A stretch of DNA of 63,804 bases, the filler included, from a bacterium (lineage in GTDB: Bacteria; JBBIVP01), in NCBI GenBank assembly GCA_037439705.1. It is 4 parts of 4 records of this genome, joined end to end, with 100 filler letters (N's around TTAATTAATTAA, not from the genome) between each part and the next. Parts side by side here need not be neighbours in the genome. Positions count along the whole stretch, not along the records: positions 17,597 to 34,973 come from JBBIVP010000021.1; 3 more parts are not named here. One strand, given 5' to 3'. Both the position numbers and the translations under genes were made by a program. The stretch's first letter is position 1. Every line of letters begins with the position of its first letter. The notes under the pieces are model-generated. The model searched no databases. It saw nothing but the letters and a program-made list of their open reading frames with translations, and had not been told where the DNA came from. Shown one piece after another: positions 19,636-29,190 of this stretch.

Positions 19636-20877
19636 TCATCCACCTGAAGACCCGTGAGATTGTAGTTTGCCCATAACGATTGGAACTGCAACTTTTACCA
19701 TCATCGTAAAGAGCAAAAAACCGATGGAAAAAATTCCGGCAGTAATACCAAATTCAGTTATAGTCGGGAAGTACTCATAAATTTCTCCTAATGTGTCAGG
19801 GGTTAGTCCGGGCAAAACCAATCCCATACCTTTTTCAATATAAATTCCAAACCATATCAAAAAACATCCTATATTCATAGTTGTGGGATTTTTTCTTGTT
19901 TGAGGGATAATGAAAAGTAGGAAGGCAGATACGCTCATTAAAACACTTAACCAGCTGTATCCCACGAGTTTTTTGTGCTCCCCGATTCCGAAATAAAGAT
20001 ATCTTATATGCAATAGATGATAGGTATCCGAATAAAATTCTTTGTATATTTCGCATATAATGAAGAATAGATTCATCGCCATAGCGTATGCCATAAGCTC
20101 TGCTATCTTCCATATTGCTTCATTCTTTATGTTAAGCTTTGATGTCTTTTGAAGTATCTGCAGTAAGATAAGAAGTATTGCTGGACCCGAGCAGAATGCA
20201 GACGCCAAAAACCTTGGAGCCAGAATTGAGGCATTCCAGAATGGACGCGCGGGAATCCCGTTGTAAATAAAAGCTGTGACTGTATGAATGCTCGCAGCAA
20301 GTGGAATGGAAAAAATCACGAGAGGATTAACAAATTTTCCGCTTGGTTCTTTTCCATAGTATGATTGATAGATGATGTAAGTAGCAATGCTCAAATTGAG
20401 TAAAAGATAAAAAGTCAACACCAGTACATCCCATGCCAGAATGGAATGTAAATTCAAATTTCCGATGAGGGGAATAAGGTGCCAAAAACGGTCAGGACGC
20501 CCTATATCAACAGAAACAAAAAGCAAGCACATCACAATTGCCGATATAGCAAGCAGTTCACCTATAAGAACAATTTCCTTTACGGGTTCCCACTTGTAAA
20601 TGTATGCAGGAATAACGAGCACAACCGCAGATGCAGCAACTCCTACAAGAAATGTGAAATTTCCAATATACAAACCCCACATAACCTGAGAGCGCATCGC
20701 TGTAACGATAAGACCNNNNNNNNNNAGCTGATTGATATAAAAGTATACTCCACAGGCTATTAAAAATAAGAGAAATCCAACCCAGAGATAGTATAAAGAA
20801 GAACCTCGAATTATTAATTTGAAGCTGTATTTCCAGAAGTCAAGAAATTCGTAAATAAACTTTCCTTTCTTATCCAT
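19636..20877 (-). CDS. NrfD/PsrC-family membrane subunit (DsrP/QrcD-like); contains N10 gap
   Basis: WGLYIGNFTFLVGVAA, DIGRPDRFWH, HTVTAF..G..ARPFW; about 10 TM. Confidence 0.88.
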   Translation of the reverse strand: MDKKGKFIYEFLDFWKYSFKLIIRGSSLYYLWVGFLLFLIACGVYFYINQXXXXGLIVTAMRSQVMWGLYIGNFTFLVGVAASAVVLVIPAYIYKWEPVKEIVLIGELLAISAIVMCLLFVSVDIGRPDRFWHLIPLIGNLNLHSILAWDVLVLTFYLLLNLSIATYIIYQSYYGKEPSGKFVNPLVIFSIPLAASIHTVTAFIYNGIPARPFWNASILAPRFLASAFCSGPAILLILLQILQKTSKLNIKNEAIWKIAELMAYAMAMNLFFIICEIYKEFYSDTYHLLHIRYLYFGIGEHKKLVGYSWLSVLMSVSAFLLFIIPQTRKNPTTMNIGCFLIWFGIYIEKGMGLVLPGLTPDTLGEIYEYFPTITEFGITAGIFSIGFLLFTMMVKVAVPIVMGKLQSHGSSGG

Positions 20878-21751
20878 AGTAGTAGAAAAATTTTGGTAAA
20901 GTATTTAATTCTTCTTTGAGGACGAATATGCGCTTATTTTCAATTATGTACCGGATCTCGCTTTTTGGGTCAAGAAGATTTCCAAATTTCCTTGCGCCAA
21001 CAGGGCAGACTTCTACACAGGCAGGATAACGCCCCAATCTAACTCTATGTATACAGAATGTGCACTTCTCAACCACCCCTTTATAACGCGGGCGATTGCC
21101 CAAAAGATGTGTATTTGTATTGATTTCATCCGGTGGGAGATATGGCTCGGTCCAGTTAAAATGCCTTGCTCCATAAGGGCATGCAACCATACAATACCGA
21201 CAGCCTATACACCAGTTGTAATCTATAACCACAATTCCATCTCTTTCTTTCCATGTCGCACCAACAGGACAAACCTTAACACATGGTGGGTTTTCGCACT
21301 GATGACACTGAACTGGCATGTAAAAATGACCTTCCTGCGGAACTTCTTCGGGGTTATAATAAAGGTTTGCTTCTACAAAATCTACTCCTTTTCTTTTATC
21401 CATTTCAAAGACCTTTATCCAGTGGACTGGCATATTGTGTTTTTCGCTTCCACCTCGCGATTGATTATTTTCACGAACACATGCATAAACACATCTACGA
21501 CATCCAATACATCTATTGAGGTCAAGAGCGTAACCAAAAAGCGTTCCTTCCTGCGGTGGTGTGCTGTAAACTTTTATTTCCTTCCCATACTTTTTCCTGT
21601 ATTCTCTTTCAAGACGAGCCAGAGTTTCTTTCAACTCCTCACGATTCATTTCCCGAAGTCTCTTTCGAGGAACAAGTAGTTTACCACAACCAAGCGCACT
21701 TAATGCAAAAAACGAAGTAAGAGTTTTTACGAATTCTCGACGGTTAATCAT
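20870..21751 (-). CDS. NrfC/DmsB-like 4Fe-4S protein (Tat signal, possible lipobox)
   Basis: INRREF...LGC; CIGCRRCVYAC, CHQCENPPCVKVCP, CIGCRYCMVACP, KCTFC...PACVEVCP. Confidence 0.92.
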   Translation of the reverse strand: MINRREFVKTLTSFFALSALGCGKLLVPRKRLREMNREELKETLARLEREYRKKYGKEIKVYSTPPQEGTLFGYALDLNRCIGCRRCVYACVRENNQSRGGSEKHNMPVHWIKVFEMDKRKGVDFVEANLYYNPEEVPQEGHFYMPVQCHQCENPPCVKVCPVGATWKERDGIVVIDYNWCIGCRYCMVACPYGARHFNWTEPYLPPDEINTNTHLLGNRPRYKGVVEKCTFCIHRVRLGRYPACVEVCPVGARKFGNLLDPKSEIRYIIENKRIFVLKEELNTLPKFFYYYG

Positions 21752-22332
21752 CTGATATCCTCCGGTCTTGCTGGTGGCGGTTTTGGTTTCAAAGGTTTAA
21801 AACGTGGAGAATGTGGATTGTGACAGTGGGCGCACAAAAGATATTCCTTCTCACCCTTCCACATTCCTGTGCGTTTTCCATGAACTCCAACTTTCCAATC
21901 TCTATATTGTGGACCATGACATTGTCCACATAATCTGTAAGATTCCTCAAAACCAATTAACTCTCCGTTCGCAAGCCTTAGTTTATCTCTATTTTTAATA
22001 TCGTGGCAATCAAGACACCACCTGTGCTCTTCATCATGCTCGAAAACAATGTCTTCATGAAATTCAAGCTTGCGCCTTTTTGGATTTGGTTCAATCTCGG
22101 CATGACAGGAAGAACATGGGTATATGCCTTCAGAAAGAGGTGGCGGAGGAACTGGAAATTGTTCTTTCTTTTCCTTTTCTTCTTTCTGAATCGGTATAAG
22201 CCCGCGTTCCTGAGGAGGAAGAGGAGGATTCTCTGCATGAAATGGGTCTACTCCCTCTATTGCCCTGTGCTCCTTTTCGCATGCTGTCGGTAAAACCAGA
22301 AAGATAATGGCAAATAACCATCTGAGCATCAC
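21748..22332 (-). CDS. Tetraheme cytochrome c lipoprotein
   Basis: LPTAC lipobox; CSSCH, CLDCH, CGQCH, CAHCH. Confidence 0.88.
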   Translation of the reverse strand: MMLRWLFAIIFLVLPTACEKEHRAIEGVDPFHAENPPLPPQERGLIPIQKEEKEKKEQFPVPPPPLSEGIYPCSSCHAEIEPNPKRRKLEFHEDIVFEHDEEHRWCLDCHDIKNRDKLRLANGELIGFEESYRLCGQCHGPQYRDWKVGVHGKRTGMWKGEKEYLLCAHCHNPHSPRFKPLKPKPPPARPEDIR

Positions 22333-22334
22333 TT

Positions 22335-23543
22335 TTATCCTCCGTTTTCAATACTTCTCAACTCCATCCAGGGTGGGAGAATTTTTGTAAGGATATAAAG
22401 AATAAGGAAAGGAAGGACAAGAAATAGTAAGGCGACCAATAATCCTTCAACTCCCAAAAGTTCCATTTTGTAAACAGTCAAACCCCTGAAGCTTTTTGAA
22501 AAGAGTTGACCCCCTATAACCACATTCCACCTTGTAGCAAAAATACCAATCTGAACCAAAATGGCAACTATGAAATATAGAAGTCTTCTCAACTCATCCG
22601 GTGGGGTGAATATCTTGATTAAAATAAGAACTGTTAAAGGAAAAATTGTCCCTATAAGTATCTGAATCACAACAAGGCTTATAAACAGTCTTGAGGTAAC
22701 AAGCTTTGAAAGGATATGTATTGATTCCTCTGCCTGATAAAGCCTGTGTATAAAGTCAAGCATTTCAAGAGAGAAATCAACTATTATTGAATACAATATG
22801 AAATCAGCAAGCCTGTCCACACACTTCATATCAACTTCTTTCCTGCGAAGAAGAGTAATTAAAATGTAAAGGAAAAGAACAAGTGCTATTCCCGAAACAA
22901 TAGCGGAAAATAGAAAAACTACCGGCATTAAAACACTGCTCCACCACGGATTGGCTTTAACTGACCCGAATATAAAACCTACATATCCGTGCAGTAAAAA
23001 AGCAGAAGGAATACCAATTATGGTTATCACCTTCACTGTTTTTTTATCCAGATTTACTGCAGATGGCGAAACATCTGTGGTAAAAAGAGTAATCGCCCTA
23101 TGAATGAATTTTCTCAATCCACTCTCATTCTGAGCCCACATTATAAGGTCCTTCCTGTAATCAAACCACATCTCAAGAAGTAAAACAACCATAAGATACC
23201 ACAGATAAACTATCCCGTACATCTACATAGGAGTACGAAGGTGGGGTGTGAGGAAAATTTCTATTGAGCGTGCTGGATGACCGAGATGGGCAAGAAGCGG
23301 AAGAGGAGCAACAAGTAAAAATGCTAAAGCAGTAAGCAATGAAAGTCTGTAGGTTGGAGCCACATCCTTAACATTGAAGACCTTGACAAGAGAGGCAAGT
23401 ATAAATGCTCCTGCAACAAGTCCTGTAATGTAGGGATAAACAACTATCAATATACTCCAGTGAAGTTCAATTTCGTTAGGATATATAAATCCTGTAATGT
23501 GCTGAAGTGCTGAAGAAAGTTGTTCTACAAGATGCTCCATCAC
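22335..23543 (-). CDS. NrfD/PsrC-family membrane subunit interrupted by in-frame TAG at 23223-23225
   Basis: ORFs 23223-23543 and 22335-23222 are in one frame; WSILIVVYPYITGLVAG, HLGHP, LHGYVGFIFG, RWNVVIGGQ. Confidence 0.85.
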
Positions 23544-24277
23544 CTTACCTCTCCATCAAGATTGGCATAAAAAACCTTCGGTTCTGTATTCATACCAGGT
23601 TTTAACACATGTATTTCGTTCATCCTCATAAACCTCACAAGGGGACTGCTTCTTTTAGTTAAATCTCCAAAGACCCTCGCATGTGTTGGACACACTTCAA
23701 CACAAGCAGGTTTCAAACCTTTCGTTATTCTGTGGTAGCAGAATGTGCACTTGTCCGCCACCCTTTTTTCAGGATGAAGGTATCTTGCTCCATAGGGACA
23801 TGCCTGAATACAGTATCTGCAGCCAATACAGTAATCAGGATCTACAAGAATTACACCCTCAGGACTCTTAAATGTTGCACCTACAGGACAAACCTGAACA
23901 CAGGGCGGATTATCACATTGATTGCAAAGTTTCGGAACAAAAAAACTTCTTAGAATCTGTTTTTCTCTCTTTTCAACAGAATAAGGACTTTTCGTACTTC
24001 TATCTAAGGTTTCCACTTCTACTTCACCATCTTTATAAATGGTATACCTCTCAACCCATGTTCTGTAAAAGAAAGGATATTTTGGCACATTATTTTCCAG
24101 CTTACATGCCTCAACACATTTTCCACATCCGACACATCTCTTTATGTATATTCCCATCCCATACCGGGGAGAGCGGTCGTTTTCTTTACTCATCCTGGGT
24201 AACGCTAATACCTCCTTTCCACTGAGGAAAAGAACTGCCAAACCAAATGTATCCCTTATAAAGTTCCTGCGATTCAT
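23540..24277 (-). CDS. NrfC-like 4Fe-4S protein (Tat signal)
   Basis: MNRRNF; four Cys groups including FVPKLCNQCDNPPCVQVCP and KCTFC. Confidence 0.92.
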   Translation of the reverse strand: MNRRNFIRDTFGLAVLFLSGKEVLALPRMSKENDRSPRYGMGIYIKRCVGCGKCVEACKLENNVPKYPFFYRTWVERYTIYKDGEVEVETLDRSTKSPYSVEKREKQILRSFFVPKLCNQCDNPPCVQVCPVGATFKSPEGVILVDPDYCIGCRYCIQACPYGARYLHPEKRVADKCTFCYHRITKGLKPACVEVCPTHARVFGDLTKRSSPLVRFMRMNEIHVLKPGMNTEPKVFYANLDGEVR

Positions 24278-24280
24278 CCT

Positions 24281-25033
24281 TTAGCCTCCTTCAGGAGAAT
24301 GTGGATAATGACATTCCCAGCATAGGTATCCTTCAGAATGAGAATCAACCTCTATTTTTGGAATATAATCTGGAGTTTTTGCAGTCTCCGAGTGACACCT
24401 TTCACACACATCAGTGTTTGTAGGTTTTGTCGGACGCTGAGACCTCGGGTCAAATTTATGATGTGAAGGCGTTTTATGACATACCGTGCATTCAAGGGAA
24501 GCATGGGGTGAAATAGATTTCATACTTGAAATAGTCCTGTGACACACCTGACAATCTGTAGGAGGATGCGGTGGAGTTGGATCGTGCGGATTGTGACACT
24601 CCGTGCACTGTTTAGGGGGATTGTGCAGATAAGGGTCAACCTGCGGGAATCCAGTGGGACGAGATACAATATATTCATGACATTTCAAACACTCCTCTCT
24701 CTTTCGGGGTATAATTATCTCTCCTTCTCCTTCTGCATGTTTCAATCCCGGACCATGACAGGTTTCACATGAAAGCAGTTTATGATAAGAGTTTTCTATT
24801 TTTGATACCTCTTCTTCATGACATTCCTCACACTTCTCCCTGCCAGCATAAACAAGAGGCTTATTTTTTTCGTTAACAAGTGCGCTGGTTCTGTAATGCC
24901 CGAGCTCTCCGAAGTCTGATGGAATAAATTGCTCTCTCAAAAAAATCACGGTTAAAAATCCACCTATTATTAAGATTCCGAGCCTTCTGTACTGCTCTGG
25001 TATCTTTTTCCAGATTTTAAGCGGGGTAACCAA
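24281..25033 (-). CDS. Membrane-anchored octaheme cytochrome c
   Basis: N-terminal TM; CEECH, CETCH, CLKCH, CTECH, CQVCH, CTVCH, CERCH, CWECH; AAGGAGG RBS before TTG. Confidence 0.88.
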   Translation of the reverse strand: MVTPLKIWKKIPEQYRRLGILIIGGFLTVIFLREQFIPSDFGELGHYRTSALVNEKNKPLVYAGREKCEECHEEEVSKIENSYHKLLSCETCHGPGLKHAEGEGEIIIPRKREECLKCHEYIVSRPTGFPQVDPYLHNPPKQCTECHNPHDPTPPHPPTDCQVCHRTISSMKSISPHASLECTVCHKTPSHHKFDPRSQRPTKPTNTDVCERCHSETAKTPDYIPKIEVDSHSEGYLCWECHYPHSPEGG

Positions 25034-25295
25034 ATTCTGCCTCCTTCACCAATCCTTCCTCCCACCGGGGTGAATTTTGAAACATTCCTTTTCCCTTCGC
25101 TTCTAAAAATTCAAAATCTCTTACCTTTTTTGCTCTATCATTCACTATAAATTCTCCTCTACCTGAGTCCTCAATCGTTGTTTTTAATTTTCTAAATCAG
25201 ATTAATTTTGTCAAGAAAAATGAGAAACTTTGATTTTATCAGATTTATCAATAAAATGGTTTTTTATGAAATAAAATTGTAGTAAAATTCAAAAA

Positions 25296-25688
25296 ATGAA
25301 GAAGAAAAAAGCAATGAAATTTTCGGAGCTCAAGGAAGGCGAAGAGTTTCCTCCTGTCTATTACGAGATAAGCGACGAAAAAGTAAAAGAGTATAAAAAA
25401 ATTTTTGGCGATTCAGAAACACAGATTCCTCCATTTTTATGTTTTCTTTACTCTTTCAGGTGTATTTTTGAAAAGTATTCCATCCAGCCCGGGACAATCC
25501 ATGCCTTTCAGGAAGTTGAATTGTTTAAAGAAATAAAAATGGAAGAGCGCTGTTTCAAGTCTTATGGAAGAGTCAAGGAGAAATACACAAGAAGGAATAA
25601 AAACTATGCTGTTTTTGAGATTACAACCGAGGATTCAAAAGGAAATTTGGTAAACAGGATAAAATTTGGTTTTGTGCTACCGGAGTAA
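25296..25688 (+). CDS. MaoC-like hotdog-fold protein (probably non-catalytic partner)
   Basis: GTIHAFQEVEL, GRVKEKY pattern; paired with the downstream MaoC. Confidence 0.7.
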   Translation: MKKKKAMKFSELKEGEEFPPVYYEISDEKVKEYKKIFGDSETQIPPFLCFLYSFRCIFEKYSIQPGTIHAFQEVELFKEIKMEERCFKSYGRVKEKYTRRNKNYAVFEITTEDSKGNLVNRIKFGFVLPE

Positions 25689-25690
25689 AA

Positions 25691-26098
25691 ATGAAACCCG
25701 GCGATAAATTGAAGGAAATAAGGTTCAAAATAACCCAGGAAAAGATAAATGAATTCGCCAAATTTTCTGGAGATTTCAACCCCATTCATGTGGACGAAGA
25801 ATTTGCAAAAAGTGTGGGGTTGGGAGGAACTATAGCTCACGGAGCAATAGGAATGGCTTACATAATGAAGATGCTCCATTCAGAGTTTGGAAGGAATTTT
25901 TATGAAAATGGAAAATTTATAATAAAATTTATTTCTCCTATGAGACCTGGTTATGAATTAAGAACCTTTGGTGAGGTTAAGAAGATTTCAGATGAAGAAA
26001 TTTATCTTTCCATCGGATTTGAAAAAGTTGATGACAATTCAAAACTTGTGGTTGGAGAGGCATGGATAAAAAAAGGCGCCCATAGCTCAGATGGATAG
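25691..26098 (+). CDS. MaoC-family (R)-hydratase/dehydratase
   Basis: FAKFSGDFNPIH...IAHG hydratase motif. Confidence 0.9.
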   Translation: MKPGDKLKEIRFKITQEKINEFAKFSGDFNPIHVDEEFAKSVGLGGTIAHGAIGMAYIMKMLHSEFGRNFYENGKFIIKFISPMRPGYELRTFGEVKKISDEEIYLSIGFEKVDDNSKLVVGEAWIKKGAHSSDG

Positions 26099-26149
26099 AG
26101 CGTGGGACTCCGGCTCCCGAGGTCGGGGGTTCAAATCCCCCTGGGCGCT
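26076..26149 (+). tRNA. tRNA-Arg (CCG), CCA not encoded
   Basis: Acceptor GCGCCCA/TGGGCGC, D-arm GCTC/GAGC with A20, anticodon loop CTCCGGC, T-arm GGGGG-TTCAAAT-CCCCC. Confidence 0.95.
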
Positions 26150-26162
26150 TTACCTGAACATT

Positions 26163-26216
26163 GCAAAATTCAAAATGCAAAGTGAAAAATGCAAAATTTT
26201 GTATCTTATATTTTGC
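26163..26216. repeat. Degenerate 7-mer tandem array with inverted copies
   Basis: GCAAAAT TCAAAAT GCAAAGT GAAAAAT GCAAAAT, overlapping ATTTTGT ATCTTAT ATTTTGC. Confidence 0.6.
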
Positions 26217-26241
26217 GGCGATGAATAGTTATCTCCATTTT

Positions 26242-27159
26242 TCATTTGGAGTAAAGCGACTTAGAAATTTTCTTCCCATCAAGAAAAACTTCAACCTTCT
26301 CATCAGCAGAAACAAAAAAATAAAACACTCTTCCCCCTTCAACCGTATCTCTAAACAGGCTCATCTTCCAATCTTCATAATTTATATTTACTACAAGAAA
26401 TTTTTTTAGAAACCCGTATGGAATTTTAATTTTTAACACCCTACCTTCTGCTGGACTTCCGGGAACGATAACTTCAACCCCGTCTTTATCAGAAATTTTC
26501 ATACCGGGTGAAGGAAACTGTTGAAAAACTGTATAAGGCACCCCTATTTCAGGATAGACATATTGTATTTTTAGATGAATTTCATAAGAAGAAAAAAAAT
26601 TTTGCAAATCTTCAATCCCCATTCCACTGAAGTCTGAGGAAACATAATTTTTGGGATGTGCTCCCATACTTATCAGGACCGATAAATCCCTAAAAGAAAC
26701 TTCGCTTCCTGGAGGAGGATACTGCCCTATAACCTCATTTTCCGGTTTTGAAGAATGAACCTTAAGAATGCTCTTCAAATTCAAACCTGATTCTTCAATA
26801 ATTACTTTTGCCATTTCAAAATCAAGAGCTATAATATCTGGAATATAAAACTTCTGAGGACCGAGTGAAAGAACAACAAAAACCGCTCTTTTTTTCTCAA
26901 TTTTTTCACCTGCCTTTGGTTTCTGCTCAATAATGACATACTTTGGAACCGTTTCCGAATACTGAAAAGATTCAATTTTTAGTTCCAGCGATCCCCTTCT
27001 TAAAATCTGCCATGCCTCTATAAGCTCTTTCCCTTTCACATCTGGAACCAGAACAAAAATTTTTTCTCTTAACAAAATTTTTGAAATAATAAATGAAGAA
27101 AGCACTATACCGCCCACAAATGCACATAAAAAGACGAAAAACAAAAATGCCTTCTTCAC
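26242..27159 (-). CDS. PASTA-domain membrane protein
   Basis: TM then three PASTA-like units (VPDVKG...IIEQKP; IPDI...VIGQYP; VFQQFP). Confidence 0.85.
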   Translation of the reverse strand: MKKAFLFFVFLCAFVGGIVLSSFIISKILLREKIFVLVPDVKGKELIEAWQILRRGSLELKIESFQYSETVPKYVIIEQKPKAGEKIEKKRAVFVVLSLGPQKFYIPDIIALDFEMAKVIIEESGLNLKSILKVHSSKPENEVIGQYPPPGSEVSFRDLSVLISMGAHPKNYVSSDFSGMGIEDLQNFFSSYEIHLKIQYVYPEIGVPYTVFQQFPSPGMKISDKDGVEVIVPGSPAEGRVLKIKIPYGFLKKFLVVNINYEDWKMSLFRDTVEGGRVFYFFVSADEKVEVFLDGKKISKSLYSK

Positions 27160-28097
27160 CTTATTGTCTCAAAAATATCGCCGTGTTTTATAAGCCTTCC
27201 TCTCACCATCTCCTCAACATCCATCTCTCTCTTTCCTTCCATCTGAAGCCTCTTGAGCAACAGCTTCCCCTTTCCACACTCCACGGTTAGTTCTTCTTTT
27301 GAAATGGAAATCAATCCTGGTATTTCTCCCTCACTATCCTCTTCTTTAATATATGCCTTGAAAATTTTTATAAGTTTTCCTCTCAGGTAAGTATACGCAG
27401 ATGGCCACGGCTGAAACCCCCTTATCATGTTGTAAATCTCCCGTGAAGTCCTTTTCCAGTCTATTAACCCGTCCTCTTTTTTGATAATTGGAGCATAAGT
27501 GGCTTCTTCCTCCCTCTGTGGAATAAATTTTGCCTCATTTCTTTTTAGAACCTCCATCGCTTTTTCCATGAGTTTAATCCCGACAGGAATAAGTTTTTGA
27601 AAAAGGGTTGGAGTTGTATCTTCGGAAGAAATAGGAACTTTTTCTGAAAGAAGAATGTCACCAGCATCCATTCTTTCATTCATCCTTATTATGGTAACCC
27701 CTGTCTCAGACTCTCCGTTGACTATAGCCCATTGAACTGGAGCAGCCCCTCTATATTTCGGAAGAAGAGAAAAATGAACATTTAATGGTGCGATCTTTGG
27801 AATTTCAAGAACCTGTTGCGGGAGAATTTTTCCGTAAGCAACAACCAGTATTATATCGGGCTCAAATTTTTTCAGAAATTCAATGGACTCTTCATTTTTA
27901 AGAGAAGATGGCTGCCACACTTCAATTCCTAATTTCCTGGCACAAATCTTTACAGGAGGTTCAATCTCCTCTCCCCTTCTACCTGACTTTTCCTCTTTTG
28001 TAACTACAAGAACCACCTCTTCCAGTTCTTTTAATCGTTCAAGAAAAGGGACGGATATTTCCGGCGTCCCCATAAAAATGCATCTAAACTTTTCCAT
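27156..28097 (-). CDS. fmt: Methionyl-tRNA formyltransferase
   Basis: FMGTPE, VVAYGKILP, NVHFSLLPKYRGAAP, MDAGDI, PWPSAYT. Confidence 0.96.
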   Translation of the reverse strand: MEKFRCIFMGTPEISVPFLERLKELEEVVLVVTKEEKSGRRGEEIEPPVKICARKLGIEVWQPSSLKNEESIEFLKKFEPDIILVVAYGKILPQQVLEIPKIAPLNVHFSLLPKYRGAAPVQWAIVNGESETGVTIIRMNERMDAGDILLSEKVPISSEDTTPTLFQKLIPVGIKLMEKAMEVLKRNEAKFIPQREEEATYAPIIKKEDGLIDWKRTSREIYNMIRGFQPWPSAYTYLRGKLIKIFKAYIKEEDSEGEIPGLISISKEELTVECGKGKLLLKRLQMEGKREMDVEEMVRGRLIKHGDIFETIR

Positions 28098-29067
28098 AAT
28101 ACATTACTCCGTTTTTTTCCTCACAAAATACAAGACCATTTAACTCATATTCTTTAAGAATACAAAGCACAATTGTCCAGGAAAAAAGAATTTGCCACTC
28201 CTGCAAATCCGGATTTATTTTTTTTGTAATATCAAAAACTGAAAGGGGCTTTCCAGATGAATCAAGAACATCTAGCACTTTTTCCCTTGTTGTTTCTATA
28301 AACTCCTTCTTTTTTTTAATTGTCTCCTCTACATTTATCAAAATTTTTCTATGACCGGGCGCAATAAAATTTATCTTTGTTTTTAAAATTTCATCAAGTG
28401 AAGATTCATATTTTTTAAGAATCTGGAAATCAAATCTCCCGGTAATGGTCATATCATAAAGGGGATTGAACTGAAGAAGTGGCATAATGTGGTCACCAGT
28501 GAAAAGAATTCCGCTTTTCTCCAGATAATATCCAGTATGTCCTGCAGTATGTCCTGAAAGAGGAAAGGCAATGACCTTTTCGTCACCCACATCTATTTTA
28601 TCACCACATTTCAAAGGAATACAGTTTTTGATTGGCTCCGAAAGCTGGGAATTATGTTCTGGTATGAATTCTATAACAGGGAAAAGGGATTCTGGAATTC
28701 CTATGGATTGGAAAAAATTCCTTTTCTCTTTTATCATCCGAGTCATGGAATCAAAAAATCCGTTGCTCACTTTTGGTATCTCCATTTCCGGAACGAAAAT
28801 CTCGGCCCCTGTTTTTTCAGATAGATACTCTGCAAATCCATAATGGTCAGTATGTCCATGGGTGAGAAAAATTTTTTTTATCTTCTCCAACTCTACTCCT
28901 GATGATTTCAGTCCCTCAAAGAATTGAAAGATTGACTCCTCAGTTTTTACTCCCACATCTATCAAAAAAAATTCTCCTCTTTCAACGAGATAAAGGTTGG
29001 TAGGTCCAATAGCCCATGGAGTAGGACATCTTATAATGTGTATTCCAAATTCTTTAATCTCTCCCAT
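28084..29067 (-). CDS. MBL-fold metallo-hydrolase
   Basis: THGHTDH, GHTAGH, FTGDH, PGH. Confidence 0.9.
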   Translation of the reverse strand: MGEIKEFGIHIIRCPTPWAIGPTNLYLVERGEFFLIDVGVKTEESIFQFFEGLKSSGVELEKIKKIFLTHGHTDHYGFAEYLSEKTGAEIFVPEMEIPKVSNGFFDSMTRMIKEKRNFFQSIGIPESLFPVIEFIPEHNSQLSEPIKNCIPLKCGDKIDVGDEKVIAFPLSGHTAGHTGYYLEKSGILFTGDHIMPLLQFNPLYDMTITGRFDFQILKKYESSLDEILKTKINFIAPGHRKILINVEETIKKKKEFIETTREKVLDVLDSSGKPLSVFDITKKINPDLQEWQILFSWTIVLCILKEYELNGLVFCEEKNGVMYYGKV

Positions 29068-29144
29068 TTCTTACATTTTACAGAAAATGAGCTTTCGTTC
29101 AATAAGTCATCCCTTGCACCGCAGGAGAATTTTTGCAAAAAATC

Positions 29145-29176
29145 TTGAAACAAAATTTATGTGCAATTAAATTTTG
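29145..29176 (+). promoter_or_regulatory. Promoter with overlapping palindromic operator candidate
   Basis: TTGAAA-17-TAAATT; CAAAATTTA-N8-TAAATTTTG at 29151-29176. Confidence 0.55.
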
Positions 29177-29190
29177 ATAAAGGAGTGAGG

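Noticed and set aside
21047-21679. 210-aa plus-strand ORF and the many other short antisense ORFs in the track
   Set aside because: They are shadows of well-supported genes on the opposite strand or frame and have no recognisable motifs
25018-25145. About 42-aa minus-strand ORF (MNDRAKKV...) upstream of the octaheme gene
   Set aside because: It has a GAGGAG-like RBS but no motif and overlaps the next gene's RBS and start; unsupported without homologues
25230-25252. FNR-like box upstream of the respiratory operon
   Set aside because: Reads TTGAT-N3-ATCAG rather than TTGAT-N4-ATCAA, in AT-rich sequence
26076-26242. Integrative element at the tRNA
   Set aside because: No integrase and no duplicated tRNA 3' end in the window
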